DNA of 64,000 bases from Minisyncoccota bacterium (GCA_041664205.1 JBAYLF010000003.1:7349-71348), one strand, 5' to 3'. Shown: positions 47,428 through 57,875, counted from the stretch's first letter. Made by a program: numbers and translations. Notes: a model not told the origin generated them from the sequence alone.

Positions 47428-50400
47428 TTAAGGCAATGTTGTCGTGCCAAAACCAATAAAGTTAGAATCGTGATAACTATTCGCGCCGCTCCATCCAACA
47501 CGATACAATGCACGCACAGTGCTCCCACTAATATCAAGTGATGGATATTGAAAACCATGATAAGCGATACTGTCTGCCAAACTCATACCTGTAGAAGTTA
47601 CTAAATCATTCTCATCTATAATTGTTTTAATCGGAGAGAAAGACGGACTACTTAAATCTGCGGATGAGCCACTAACTAATACAACTCTATTTCTTTGATC
47701 AAGAGTGCTTGTGCCATTATTTGTAAGTGAGTAAAAATAACCACCATTCTTAATAAGCTGAAATTTATCAGTTCCTCCTGGCAAATCTTTTATATAACTG
47801 CTATTCCATGTCGGATTAGAAAGTGTTGTTCCATTCCATGTCTGAGGTAAAAATACTGCCTTGTCAGTTACCCCACCACTATGAAAACGCAATACGTTGT
47901 ATATATTTCCAATATCATCAACAACAGCATTACCTTCTATAAAACCACCGTTAGATGAAAAACTATGCGCTCCAATCGCTAGTGCTGTCGTCGTTGCCCA
48001 ATTAGCTTTATTAGTAAGATCGACATTATCTGGAGCATAGAGAATAAGGGATTGAAAACCGCTATCAGAACCACTTGAACGAGTATAAGGATCGAGATCC
48101 TCAATAGCAATAAACAAATGATTATTGTAATACAAAGGATTTATTCCACCTGACTTATGATAGTTAGGAGGAGTAATTCCAGACCCAGCAGGAGGAAGCG
48201 GTCCGCCACTACTGCTTAATGTTGTCGAAGACCACGTAGCACCTTCGTCTGTTGATTTTTTAAGCACTACATCACCGTATATAATTGATGTTCCTACAAA
48301 ATATAAATTACCATCGGTATGCTGCCAAATAGAACCCCATTGAAAATTAGTCGGGAAATTAGCAAGCCCATACCATGAGATTCCACCGTCATTACTTACA
48401 TAAAGTCGTCCGGCACCGCCACCAATACCAGAATCAAAATAATCATGCATAGCATACAATTTGCCATTAGCAGACAAAAAGCCAGGTGACCCAAGATAAC
48501 TCGTAGCCGGTGCATCTGAACGATCAACCAAAGAATTTCCCCATGGATAAGCAATTAGACTCGCTAGCGTCGGCTGAATATTTTTCCAAGGATGATTACT
48601 TGGAAGCAAACTTGTCTTTCCATCTTCCCACGCCATAACTCCCTCAAGATATCGCACTTCCTCATCAGTCAAAGCTCCATTTACAATTATCATGTCATAG
48701 ATATCACCAGACCAATACAAGTTACTTGCAGAACTATTAAGCCTTCTTCCTAACTGTATCAATTGTTCAGTGCTTGCAGAAGGAAGATCGGTTGGACGGA
48801 ATGAGCCATCAGATAATTCTGTGCCACCAGTAACAGTGCCATTACGTTTTACACCGTTAAGCCAATTAGCTACTTCTCTTCCACTAAAACGTCCGGAAAA
48901 TAATGCGAGCCCACTACTGTTTACTGTGTAGTCAGTATATACTGAGTAGCCTACAGAACCTCCAAAAACCATGAGTCCATTATTTGAAGTAAAAACAACA
49001 GAATTCGGTTGACTGTCACTCGTAGCACTTTGCGAAGCGCTAAAAATTCGACGATCGTTATCTCGTGAATCAGCCAAAACAACAACTGTTACACCACGCA
49101 AAAGATCTATTTTACCCGGAACTGTTAAATACTGACTGCTTGTTGATGCAAATCTAATAGCACTATCTCCAGACAAAGATTTATAAATTGGTTGATTACC
49201 AGAAGATGATTGCGACGCAAGCACTCCAGCATTTCGTAATACCACTGATGAAACAGCATTTCCATCGCCTACCGACAATACATCGCTTGCTTTTAGTCTC
49301 CACACTCGAGTTGGAACAAAGCGAGTTTCCTGTGTAATCGCAGTATGAGCATTCACTGTCGGCTTCGCGCCAGTGTTTGGTGGAACATCACCAACAGGAA
49401 GACCTTGTAATCCACCGAATTTTGAATATGCAAAACGACCAGGGCCGTCAGTAGCCTCATCTAGTGGAAAATACAAAACTGGCTCCCCACCACTTGCAGC
49501 CGATGGCCTCTGACCGTTTGTTATAGCAAGTAGTTCTGTTGTGCTTAATGCGCGAGCAAAGACCGCAACATCAGCAATTTTCCCATTAAACGGTTCGGTA
49601 CCTGTAGGCGTAGAATTATCCCCTATTCTGTCTTTCCCTAAAAAACTAGAACCTGAAGTATAAACAGAAGCGCCAAAAGTTACAGATGCCGAACCGCTCG
49701 TATCAAGAACTCCATCTAAATACACATTTATTGTATCGTTTGCAATATCATTAATCGCAGCAATAGTATGCCAAGCATTCGTAGGAACTGTAGTTGCTCC
49801 TAATTTGCTTTGAAATGAATCGGTATTCTTAGATCGTCCATCACCTTCAATCTTACCTGTTGAAGAAATTACCAAAGCGATACCATTTAAATTTTCACCT
49901 AACTCCGCAGAAAAGACTGATCGCCCACCACTTCCAGCTGAATCTACCCACACTCGCGCAATTGTTGTTATTTGAGAAGCACCTTCAATAAGTTGTGAAG
50001 CATGAGAAGGGCTTAATTCTAATGTATTAGACGAAGAACCATCAAAAACACGACCGATATAACCCGCTTGATTAGTTGTAAATGTTTGATCACTTGAAAC
50101 CGAAAGATTGCCTGACGCATCAGTTGAACGAACACGAAAATGATAAAGGGTACTGGCAGTAAGCCCAGAGAGAACAACTGAATGACTTGTTACTAAAAGC
50201 GAATCTAATGTGCTTGTCAAACCATAAGAATTGGTCAAACCATATTCCACCTGCGAAGTTGCAACTTCATCAGTAGTCCATGTAGTAGTAGCTGTTGTAT
50301 CCTCAGGAATGCCAGAAGATATTAAAGATATAACAGGCCCCGTATTATCCACAGCAACAGTAATAACACTCGACGTCGCATAATTCCCCACCCCATCTCT

Positions 50401-51567
50401 CCCAACAGCAATAATCGTATGACTTCCATCAGCAACAGCAGTAGAATTCCACATAACTCCATAAGGAGAAGAAATATCTTCTGAACCAATTAGAGTATTC
50501 GTATCAAGTTTAAACTGAACACCAGAAACTGAAACGTCATCTGTTGCTGTTGCTGAAAGAGTTACTGCACTTCCTGTGACAGTTGAATTGTTAGCTGGAG
50601 CAGTAACGGTAACAGTAGGTGAAGTAGTGTCAGCTGCAACTGTGAAAGAAACAGTATAATCAGTAGTATTTGCATTACCTAAGTTATCTTGGCATTTGAT
50701 GTAATAAACATAACTACTACCATTAGTAAGATTAGATACCGTCATTGAATGTGAAGTAGAACCTGTGGTTGTAAATGCTGTCATAGAAGAATATGCGGAA
50801 CCAGAGTTCGTAGAATATTTACATGACGCTACTTCGTTAGTAGCAACAGAGAGCGTTGTCGATGTTGTGTTTAATGCAAGAGTTCCTGATGGAGAACCTG
50901 ATGAAAGCACAGGTGGAATAGAGTCACCGCCTCCACCAAAGCCTGGTGCATATGCGTTAAGAACTACAGGGGATGGCGTTGGAGTTGGGATTGTTGGTGT
51001 TGTTACAGTAATCGCTGTTGTGTTAACAGGAGTTAAAATTAGTTTTGATAACTCTGTGATTTTTGCTCGAGTTTGAGGTCCAACAATACCTATTGGTTCA
51101 ATTCCGCGCACCTTTTGGAAGTTAGTTACAGCAACTTTAGTAATTTCACCAAAATATCCAGTAATTGTTGGATATGTGTATAAACCAATTATTTTAAGAA
51201 ATTGTTGTAATTCAGAGACGTCATTACCAGAAAGACCTATGTGTAAAGGTCGAGGAGTATTGGATTGGGTAAGATTATTTAATAGATCTCTAGTTAGTGG
51301 ACCAACTGAACCAACTGTTTCAAGATTGTTTGCTTGTTGGAATTTTTTTACTGATTCTTGCGTAACAGATCCAAAGTATCCAGTGATTGAATGAGAAAAG
51401 TATCCTTTGTCTTTTAAAATTTGTTGAAGAGAAGAAACATCTGTTCCTTTATCTCCTATATTAAGAGAGTTGTTAAAAATATACGCTTGTATTGAGTTTG
51501 GGAAAATGAAAATACTAACTATACCTAAAAACAAAATGCTGATTTGTAAGCGTTTTTTAACATTCAT
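47428..51567 (-). CDS. Large secreted surface protein: 2x peptidoglycan-binding, Ig-like/Big, FN3, LamG-like and BNR/sialidase-like domains
   Basis: Signal peptide; GxxGxDVxxLQ..TGYFG..T repeats; DTTSPTV..P Ig; W-TD..YG..LTASTLYHFRV FN3; WHTI..YLDG..G.I.DV LamG; Asp-boxes SNDGGISW, STDEGATW. Confidence 0.85.
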   Translation of the reverse strand: MNVKKRLQISILFLGIVSIFIFPNSIQAYIFNNSLNIGDKGTDVSSLQQILKDKGYFSHSITGYFGSVTQESVKKFQQANNLETVGSVGPLTRDLLNNLTQSNTPRPLHIGLSGNDVSELQQFLKIIGLYTYPTITGYFGEITKVAVTNFQKVRGIEPIGIVGPQTRAKITELSKLILTPVNTTAITVTTPTIPTPTPSPVVLNAYAPGFGGGGDSIPPVLSSGSPSGTLALNTTSTTLSVATNEVASCKYSTNSGSAYSSMTAFTTTGSTSHSMTVSNLTNGSSYVYYIKCQDNLGNANTTDYTVSFTVAADTTSPTVTVTAPANNSTVTGSAVTLSATATDDVSVSGVQFKLDTNTLIGSEDISSPYGVMWNSTAVADGSHTIIAVGRDGVGNYATSSVITVAVDNTGPVISLISSGIPEDTTATTTWTTDEVATSQVEYGLTNSYGLTSTLDSLLVTSHSVVLSGLTASTLYHFRVRSTDASGNLSVSSDQTFTTNQAGYIGRVFDGSSSNTLELSPSHASQLIEGASQITTIARVWVDSAGSGGRSVFSAELGENLNGIALVISSTGKIEGDGRSKNTDSFQSKLGATTVPTNAWHTIAAINDIANDTINVYLDGVLDTSGSASVTFGASVYTSGSSFLGKDRIGDNSTPTGTEPFNGKIADVAVFARALSTTELLAITNGQRPSAASGGEPVLYFPLDEATDGPGRFAYSKFGGLQGLPVGDVPPNTGAKPTVNAHTAITQETRFVPTRVWRLKASDVLSVGDGNAVSSVVLRNAGVLASQSSSGNQPIYKSLSGDSAIRFASTSSQYLTVPGKIDLLRGVTVVVLADSRDNDRRIFSASQSATSDSQPNSVVFTSNNGLMVFGGSVGYSVYTDYTVNSSGLALFSGRFSGREVANWLNGVKRNGTVTGGTELSDGSFRPTDLPSASTEQLIQLGRRLNSSASNLYWSGDIYDMIIVNGALTDEEVRYLEGVMAWEDGKTSLLPSNHPWKNIQPTLASLIAYPWGNSLVDRSDAPATSYLGSPGFLSANGKLYAMHDYFDSGIGGGAGRLYVSNDGGISWYGLANFPTNFQWGSIWQHTDGNLYFVGTSIIYGDVVLKKSTDEGATWSSTTLSSSGGPLPPAGSGITPPNYHKSGGINPLYYNNHLFIAIEDLDPYTRSSGSDSGFQSLILYAPDNVDLTNKANWATTTALAIGAHSFSSNGGFIEGNAVVDDIGNIYNVLRFHSGGVTDKAVFLPQTWNGTTLSNPTWNSSYIKDLPGGTDKFQLIKNGGYFYSLTNNGTSTLDQRNRVVLVSGSSADLSSPSFSPIKTIIDENDLVTSTGMSLADSIAYHGFQYPSLDISGSTVRALYRVGWSGANSYHDSNFIGFGTTTLP

Positions 51568-51590
51568 AATTTAAATGACTATTACTCTTT

Positions 51591-51618
51591 ATTTTACCCC
51601 CCCCATTTTTTTTGGCAA
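51591..51618 (-). promoter_or_regulatory. Sigma-70 promoter whose spacer is made of A and G8 homopolymer tracts
   Basis: Minus strand TTGCCA-AAAAAAATGGGGGGGG-TAAAAT (16-bp spacer). Confidence 0.65.
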
Positions 51619-51684
51619 GAATACTAAAGTCAAAGATGTATATTTTTTAACCCAAACCAACTGTAAAGACAGAAATAATTAAAA

Positions 51685-52299
51685 TTAGCTAAAGTTTTTC
51701 AAAAAGCTCATTCTATGGATTTCACAAACTCCAAATTTTTTGATAGCGTCCCGATGAAATTTAGTTCCATACCCTTTATGTATTTCGAATCCATAATTTG
51801 GATATTTTTTTGCCAACAAACACAGCTTTCTGTCACGTTTAACTTTTGCAACAATTGATGCGAGTGAAATAATCGGAATTTTTTCATCTCCTTTAATAAT
51901 AGTTTCTTGAAATTCAAATTCTACAGGCGCCTTGATTCCTCCATCGAGTAAAACTCTGCATTCATTTGGATTTAAATTTAATTTATTTAACGATCTTTTT
52001 ATCGCCAACTTAATGCATTTTGATAGACCTGTCTTATCTATCATTTTATGACTTACAAAAGAAACTTTATAATCCAAGTTACCATTCTTTTTTTCTTGAA
52101 TAATTTTTTTGCACCATTCCTCTCTTTTTTCCAAAGTTAATTTTTTAGAATCTTTTACCTCTATAAAAAATGATTTTTGATATCTAGAATACATAGAATT
52201 AGCCATTGCAACCACACCTATCGCCACAGGGCCAGCCAATGGCCCTCGTCCAACTTCATCAATTCCAACAATAAATCTGACTTTAGTCTTCTTATTCAT
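51685..52299 (-). CDS. rnhB: Ribonuclease HII
   Basis: GIDEVGRGPLAGPV, DSKKL, KGD..SLASIVAKV.RD, HKGYGT. Confidence 0.96.
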   Translation of the reverse strand: MNKKTKVRFIVGIDEVGRGPLAGPVAIGVVAMANSMYSRYQKSFFIEVKDSKKLTLEKREEWCKKIIQEKKNGNLDYKVSFVSHKMIDKTGLSKCIKLAIKRSLNKLNLNPNECRVLLDGGIKAPVEFEFQETIIKGDEKIPIISLASIVAKVKRDRKLCLLAKKYPNYGFEIHKGYGTKFHRDAIKKFGVCEIHRMSFLKNFS

Positions 52300-52319
52300 T
52301 TAAATAAATTTTGTTATAA

Positions 52320-52481
52320 TAGACTTGTTAGTCAAATAACCTTTCTTTCGAAATTCATATATTTTGGCTACAACTCGTCAAAAATGTTTCAAAATACCAC
52401 AGGTATTCTTCAACATTTTTGACTTCGTTTCGCTCAAAATATATTAATTTCTCTAAGAAATCCTATTTGGTAACAAGTCTA
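52320..52481. repeat. ERIC-like palindromic element (copy C) in the dnaE 5' region
   Basis: TAGACTTGTTA/TAACAAGTCTA termini, inner GTCAAAAATGTT/AACATTTTTGAC, core TTCAAAATACC-ACA-GGTATTCTTC. Confidence 0.8.
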
Positions 52482-52487
52482 ATTATC

Positions 52488-55400
52488 ATGGCTTCTAAAT
52501 TTACACACCTCCACGTTCACAGTCATTATAGCCTACTAAATGCTCTGCCAAAAATCCCGGCTCTGATCAAGGAAGCAAAGAAAAATGGGATGGAAGCTAT
52601 AGCTTTGACAGACAACGGCAATCTCTATGGAGCGATTGAGTTTTATAAAGAGTGCAAAAAGCAAAAAATAAAGCCGATCGTAGGCGTTGACGCATTTGTG
52701 GCTGTCCGCACACGCTTTGATAAAGAACCAAGAATTGATAATAAAAGATACCGCCTAATACTTCTCGCAAAAAACGAGAACGGCTACAAAAATCTTTTAA
52801 AAATAGTAACTGGCGCAAACCTTGAAGGCTTTTATTATAAACCGCGCGTTGATCGAGAATTGCTAGCAAAAAATCCTGAAGATATTATCGCGATCTTCCC
52901 TTCGTTCAGTGGAGAAATTACACAAGCGTTAAAGATCGGCGACAATGAAAAAGCAAAGGAAGTTTTAGATGCATACATAAAAATATTCGGTAAAGAAAAT
53001 ATTTATCTTGAAATAACTCATCACCCTGAAATTACCAGCCATGAGGAGTTGATGAAAAAGATAATAAGTTTCGCAAAAGAAAACGGTGCGGAAATTGTCG
53101 CGACTCACGATGTTTATTATCTTCATCCGGAAGACAAAAAAGCGCGCGACACTCTGCTTGCCATTCAAACAAGTTTCGAAGGAGACAGAAGTGAAAATGG
53201 CGAAGCCTATGATTTTTCTTTTATCACACAGGAACAAGCGCGGGATTTTTTCAAAGATATTCCCGAAGCAATATCGAATACTCAAAAAATTGCTGATGCT
53301 TGCGATTTGAAGCTTGAACTCGGCAAATGGGTTTTTCCAGACTTCGAAGTGCCTGGTGGAAAAACACCCGATGAAGCACTTCGCGATTTTGCTTACAGTG
53401 GAATAGAGCTTCGAGGACTCCAAAGAACACCGGAATTAATAGAGCGTATAGAATACGAACTCAAGGTTATAAAAGACAAAGGTTATTCTCCGTATTTTCT
53501 TGTGGTATCAGATCTGCTCGTCTACGCAAAAAATCATCATATCTTCAGCACCACTAGAGGCTCCGCGGGCGGATCTATGGTCTCTTATCTAACTTACATC
53601 ACAACAGTAAACCCTATCGAATACAACCTACCATTCGAAAGATTTTTAAATCCTGAAAGACCTTCGGCTCCCGATATTGATATGGATATCGCAGACATCA
53701 AGCGTGATCAGCTTATTCAGTATGCGATAGAAAAATACGGTAAAGACAAAGTGGCTCAAGTTGGAACATTTGGAACTATGATGGCTCGAGGCGCTGTGCG
53801 AGACGTAGCGAGAGCAATGGGCTATCCATATTCTACTGGTGATCAGATAGCAAAAATGATTCCTATGGGGGCACAGGGCTTTCCTATGACGATAGATAAG
53901 GCCATGTCCGAAGTTCCAGAACTTAAAAAGAAGTATGAAGAAGAGGAAGATGCAAAAACAATTATCGATATGGCAAAAAAAATTGAAGGTTGTGCACGAC
54001 ACATCTCCATTCATGCCGCCGGAGTTGTTATTGCGCCCACAGCTTTGACAGACTTTGTTCCACTACAAAACGACCCTAAAGGAGGAAAACTTATCACCCA
54101 ATACGATATGCACGCTGTTGAAGATGCAGGACTTCTTAAGTTCGACTTTCTTGGAATTAAAAATCTTTCGATCCTTGCAGATGCAGTTGATCGTGTAAAA
54201 AAAATACGCAACATAGATGTAGATATAGATAAAATTCCAACTGACGATAAAAAAACTTTTGAAATGCTTGCGCGCGGTGAAACTACCGGACTCTTTCAAT
54301 TAAACGGCGATGGAATGACTCGATACTTAAAAGAACTCAAACCAACAAGTATCAACGACATCAACCTTATGGTTGCACTTTATCGTCCAGGACCTATGGC
54401 AACAATTGATGAATACATCGCGCGTAAACATGGTGATAAAAAAGTTACCTACTACCACCCAAAGATGGAAAAATTCTTAGACAAATCATTCGGACTTTTG
54501 GTTTACCAGGACGATCTACTTTTTACTGCAATAGAACTTGCAGGATACACATGGGCAACTGTTGATAAATTTAGAAAGGCAGTGGGTAAAAAAATTCCAG
54601 AAGAAATGGCGAAGCAACATGAAATTTTCGTAAGTGGCTGTCAGGAGCACAGCAATATGAGTAAAGACGCAGCAGAAAAAATATGGACACTATTTGAACC
54701 GTTTCAAGGATACGGATTCAACAAGGCACATGCTGCAAGTTACGGACGAGTAGCATATCAAACTGCATATATGAAAGCGAACTTTCCCGCTATATATATG
54801 TCAGCAGTTTTAACGGCAGATTCTGGAGATGTCGAGAAAATCGGTGAAACTATCGCCGAATGCAAAAGAATGGGAATTGAAGTTCTGCCTCCAGATATAA
54901 ATGAAAGTTTTTCAGCATTTACAGTGATTGAAGGAAAGTCGAGAGAAAGCGACAAAATCCGCTTCGGCTTAACTACGATAAAAAATTTCGGTGAAGGAAT
55001 TTCACAGACAATAATTGAGGAAAGAAAAGCGCGAGGGAAATTCACATCACTCCAAAATTTCCTTGAAAGAATAAAAGATAAAAATTTAAATAAAAAATCA
55101 CTCGAAGCACTGATAATGACTGGTGCACTTGATGAATTTGGTGAACGAGGAGAATTAATTTCAAATATTGAAGAGCTTTTGGCATATCACAAAGAATTCA
55201 AAAATGCTCCTGAAAATCAAGACTCGCTTTTTGGCGCATTCGATTTCGGCTCACCTTTCACTTCACTTAAAATGCACAAAGCAGAACCAGCGAGCCAAGC
55301 ACAAAAACTCGTTTGGGAAAAAGAACTTTTAGGATTATATATTTCCGGGCATCCTTTAGATAAATTCAAAGAAAAACTCGCTGGCAAAAAAGGTATTGAA

Positions 55401-55673
55401 GCAGTAAGAAAAGAATTAAAAGACGGAATGGAAGCAGTTATATCTGGAATAATTGAAGAAGCTAAAATAATAAATACCAAAAAGGGCGAACGCATGGCTT
55501 TCATTAAAGTTGCTGACTTTACTGGAAATATGGAGGTGGTTGTCTTTCCAAAAACTTTTACGGAGTTTGCTGAGATGTTAAATCCTGAAACTTGCATAGC
55601 TGTAAAAGGCAGACTGTCAGCAAAAAATGGCACACTTAGTTTACTTGCAGAAAAATTTAAAAAGCTTGACTAA
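52488..55673 (+). CDS. dnaE: DNA polymerase III alpha subunit
   Basis: FTHLHVHSHYSLL PHP domain, RGSAGGS, PDIDMD, YGFNKAH; start moved to ATG 52488. Confidence 0.97.
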   Translation: MASKFTHLHVHSHYSLLNALPKIPALIKEAKKNGMEAIALTDNGNLYGAIEFYKECKKQKIKPIVGVDAFVAVRTRFDKEPRIDNKRYRLILLAKNENGYKNLLKIVTGANLEGFYYKPRVDRELLAKNPEDIIAIFPSFSGEITQALKIGDNEKAKEVLDAYIKIFGKENIYLEITHHPEITSHEELMKKIISFAKENGAEIVATHDVYYLHPEDKKARDTLLAIQTSFEGDRSENGEAYDFSFITQEQARDFFKDIPEAISNTQKIADACDLKLELGKWVFPDFEVPGGKTPDEALRDFAYSGIELRGLQRTPELIERIEYELKVIKDKGYSPYFLVVSDLLVYAKNHHIFSTTRGSAGGSMVSYLTYITTVNPIEYNLPFERFLNPERPSAPDIDMDIADIKRDQLIQYAIEKYGKDKVAQVGTFGTMMARGAVRDVARAMGYPYSTGDQIAKMIPMGAQGFPMTIDKAMSEVPELKKKYEEEEDAKTIIDMAKKIEGCARHISIHAAGVVIAPTALTDFVPLQNDPKGGKLITQYDMHAVEDAGLLKFDFLGIKNLSILADAVDRVKKIRNIDVDIDKIPTDDKKTFEMLARGETTGLFQLNGDGMTRYLKELKPTSINDINLMVALYRPGPMATIDEYIARKHGDKKVTYYHPKMEKFLDKSFGLLVYQDDLLFTAIELAGYTWATVDKFRKAVGKKIPEEMAKQHEIFVSGCQEHSNMSKDAAEKIWTLFEPFQGYGFNKAHAASYGRVAYQTAYMKANFPAIYMSAVLTADSGDVEKIGETIAECKRMGIEVLPPDINESFSAFTVIEGKSRESDKIRFGLTTIKNFGEGISQTIIEERKARGKFTSLQNFLERIKDKNLNKKSLEALIMTGALDEFGERGELISNIEELLAYHKEFKNAPENQDSLFGAFDFGSPFTSLKMHKAEPASQAQKLVWEKELLGLYISGHPLDKFKEKLAGKKGIEAVRKELKDGMEAVISGIIEEAKIINTKKGERMAFIKVADFTGNMEVVVFPKTFTEFAEMLNPETCIAVKGRLSAKNGTLSLLAEKFKKLD

Positions 55674-55772
55674 AGGTATTTTAGCCGATAAAATTCTTAT
55701 CTAGGAACTCTGTAAAAAGCGATTAATTAACCGATTGCTCGGAGTTATGGTTGTTTAAAAGAAAGTCAAAAA

Positions 55773-56018
55773 ATGAATAGTAGTGACGGAATACCAACGC
55801 AAAGCGACCTAGATATCGAAAACAATGGAAATGGATTTGGACATCATTATATCCAAAGTGCACACGGCGCCTTAGTGCAGATCGATGAGAGTCCGGAGGC
55901 AAATCTGATTTTGTCAGAAGACGAATCAGCTGTCGACTCTCTATTATCGATCAAGAAAAAAATCTCCCATTTCTTTCCAAGAAAGAAAAAGGGTCTCAAA
56001 AAAACTAAGAAAAAATGA
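55773..56018 (+). CDS. Hypothetical protein (acidic N-terminus, Lys-rich tail)
   Basis: Promoter TTGACT-17bp-TAAAAT overlapping the dnaE end; terminator at 56053-56085. Confidence 0.5.
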   Translation: MNSSDGIPTQSDLDIENNGNGFGHHYIQSAHGALVQIDESPEANLILSEDESAVDSLLSIKKKISHFFPRKKKGLKKTKKK

Positions 56019-56052
56019 GACAGGTATTCTAACAAAACAACCAAAAACCAGC

Positions 56053-56085
56053 AGCGAGGACTCACCCGAGTCCTCGCTTTTTTTT
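56053..56085 (+). terminator. Intrinsic terminator
   Basis: AGCGAGGACTC-ACCC-GAGTCCTCGCT-T tract. Confidence 0.85.
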
Positions 56086-56111
56086 ATATACGATTATGAT
56101 ATATTTTATAC

Positions 56112-57875
56112 ATGACTAAAAATACTAATGAAAATGAGCATTTATCACATTTGCGCCATTCTTTGGCACATCTTTTAGCAGCAGCTGTTTCTGAATTATG
56201 GCCGGGCACAAAAAATACTATAGGCCCAGTAATTGATAACGGCTTCTATTATGACTTTGATTTCACTACTCCTATTTCAGATAAAGATTTAAAAGATATT
56301 GAAAAGAAAATGAAAAAAATTCTTCCAACATGGAAAGAATTTACTCACAAAGAAGTTATTCTCGAAGAAGCAAAAGAAATTTTTAAAGACAATCCATACA
56401 AACTTGAACTAATAAATGAGATTGCTTCAAATGGAGAAAAAATCTCACTCTACACTTTTGGAGAATTCACAGACCTTTGCCGTGGTGGACATGCAGAAAA
56501 TCCAAGTAAAGAAATTAATTCTGACTCTTTCAAACTTTCTCACACCGCAGGCGCATACTGGCGCGGAGATGAAAAAAATAAAATGCTAACCCGCATTTAC
56601 GGATTAGCTTTTGAAACAAAAGAAAAACTCGAAGAATACGAGAAACTGCGAGAAGAAGCAGAAAAGCGCGACCACAGAAAACTCGGTAAAGAACTTAGCA
56701 TTTTTGCTTTTGACAACGATGTTGGCGCAGGACTACCACTTTGGCTTCCTAACGGCGGAGCAATGATAGAAGAGTTAGAAAAACTCGCAAAAGAAACTGA
56801 GTTTGCTTATGAATACGAACGAGTCAAAACTCCACACATTGCAAAAGAATCAATGTATCTTACAAGCGGTCACTTACCCTACTACGAAGATACAATGTTC
56901 CCTCCTATGGAATACGAAGGTGGAAAATATTATTTGAAAGCAATGAACTGTCCGCACCACCACAAAATATTTGCTGCAGAACCACGAAGCTACAAACAAC
57001 TTCCGCTTCGCCTCGCAGAATATGGATCTTGCTATCGTCACGAAAAATCCGGCGAGCTCTTTGGAATTATGCGCGTGCGTTCAATGCAAATGAATGATGC
57101 TCATATTTATTGCACCGAGGAACAATTTTTTGATGAGTTCAAAAAAGTAATAGAAATGTATCTTTATTACTTCAAGATATTCGGAGTAGATAAATATACA
57201 ATGCGCCTTTCAAAACATTCAAAAGAAAATCTTGGTAAAAAATATATCGATGAACCAAAGCTTTGGATAAAAACAGAAGATATGGTGCGAAAATGCCTAG
57301 TAGATCTTAACGTTCCGTTCGTTGAAGCAGAAAATGAAGCGGCATTCTACGGACCAAAGATCGACGTTCAGATATGGAGCGTTATTGGCCGAGAGTTCAC
57401 ACTCGCCACAAACCAAGTTGATTTCGCTGTTCCAGCAAGATTTAAACTTGTATATACCGATAATGAAGGAAAAGAAAAAACTCCTCTTTGCATACACCGT
57501 GCACCGCTCGCAACACATGAACGCTTTATCGGATTCTTGATCGAGCACTACGGCGGAAACTTCCCTCTCTGGCTAGCGCCAGAACAAGTTGCAGTAATTC
57601 CTGTAAAAGAATCAAATTTTGAAACTGCAAAAGACGTTTATAAAAAACTTCGTGCATTACAAATTCGAGCAAAAATAGATCTCACAAATAGCAACTTCGG
57701 TAAAAAAGTTAGGTCTGCAAAAGACATGCGAACACCTTACATGGTTATTATCGGTGACAAAGATATGGAAGCTGGCGTAGTCACTCTCGAACACCGAGAC
57801 AAAGGAAAAATTGGAACACTCACTCTTGATAAACTTGCCGACCTACTTGTTAAAGAAATAAAAAACCGAGAATAA
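56112..57875 (+). CDS. thrS: Threonine--tRNA ligase (no N-terminal TGS domain)
   Basis: RHSLAH, DLCRGGH, RDHRKLG, KAMNCPHH, AFYGPKID, HRAP. Confidence 0.96.
   Translation: MTKNTNENEHLSHLRHSLAHLLAAAVSELWPGTKNTIGPVIDNGFYYDFDFTTPISDKDLKDIEKKMKKILPTWKEFTHKEVILEEAKEIFKDNPYKLELINEIASNGEKISLYTFGEFTDLCRGGHAENPSKEINSDSFKLSHTAGAYWRGDEKNKMLTRIYGLAFETKEKLEEYEKLREEAEKRDHRKLGKELSIFAFDNDVGAGLPLWLPNGGAMIEELEKLAKETEFAYEYERVKTPHIAKESMYLTSGHLPYYEDTMFPPMEYEGGKYYLKAMNCPHHHKIFAAEPRSYKQLPLRLAEYGSCYRHEKSGELFGIMRVRSMQMNDAHIYCTEEQFFDEFKKVIEMYLYYFKIFGVDKYTMRLSKHSKENLGKKYIDEPKLWIKTEDMVRKCLVDLNVPFVEAENEAAFYGPKIDVQIWSVIGREFTLATNQVDFAVPARFKLVYTDNEGKEKTPLCIHRAPLATHERFIGFLIEHYGGNFPLWLAPEQVAVIPVKESNFETAKDVYKKLRALQIRAKIDLTNSNFGKKVRSAKDMRTPYMVIIGDKDMEAGVVTLEHRDKGKIGTLTLDKLADLLVKEIKNRE

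Noticed and set aside
52419-52487. N-terminal extension of DnaE in the ORF track
   Set aside because: TTG start lies inside the palindromic element; homology starts at MASKFTHLH (52488)
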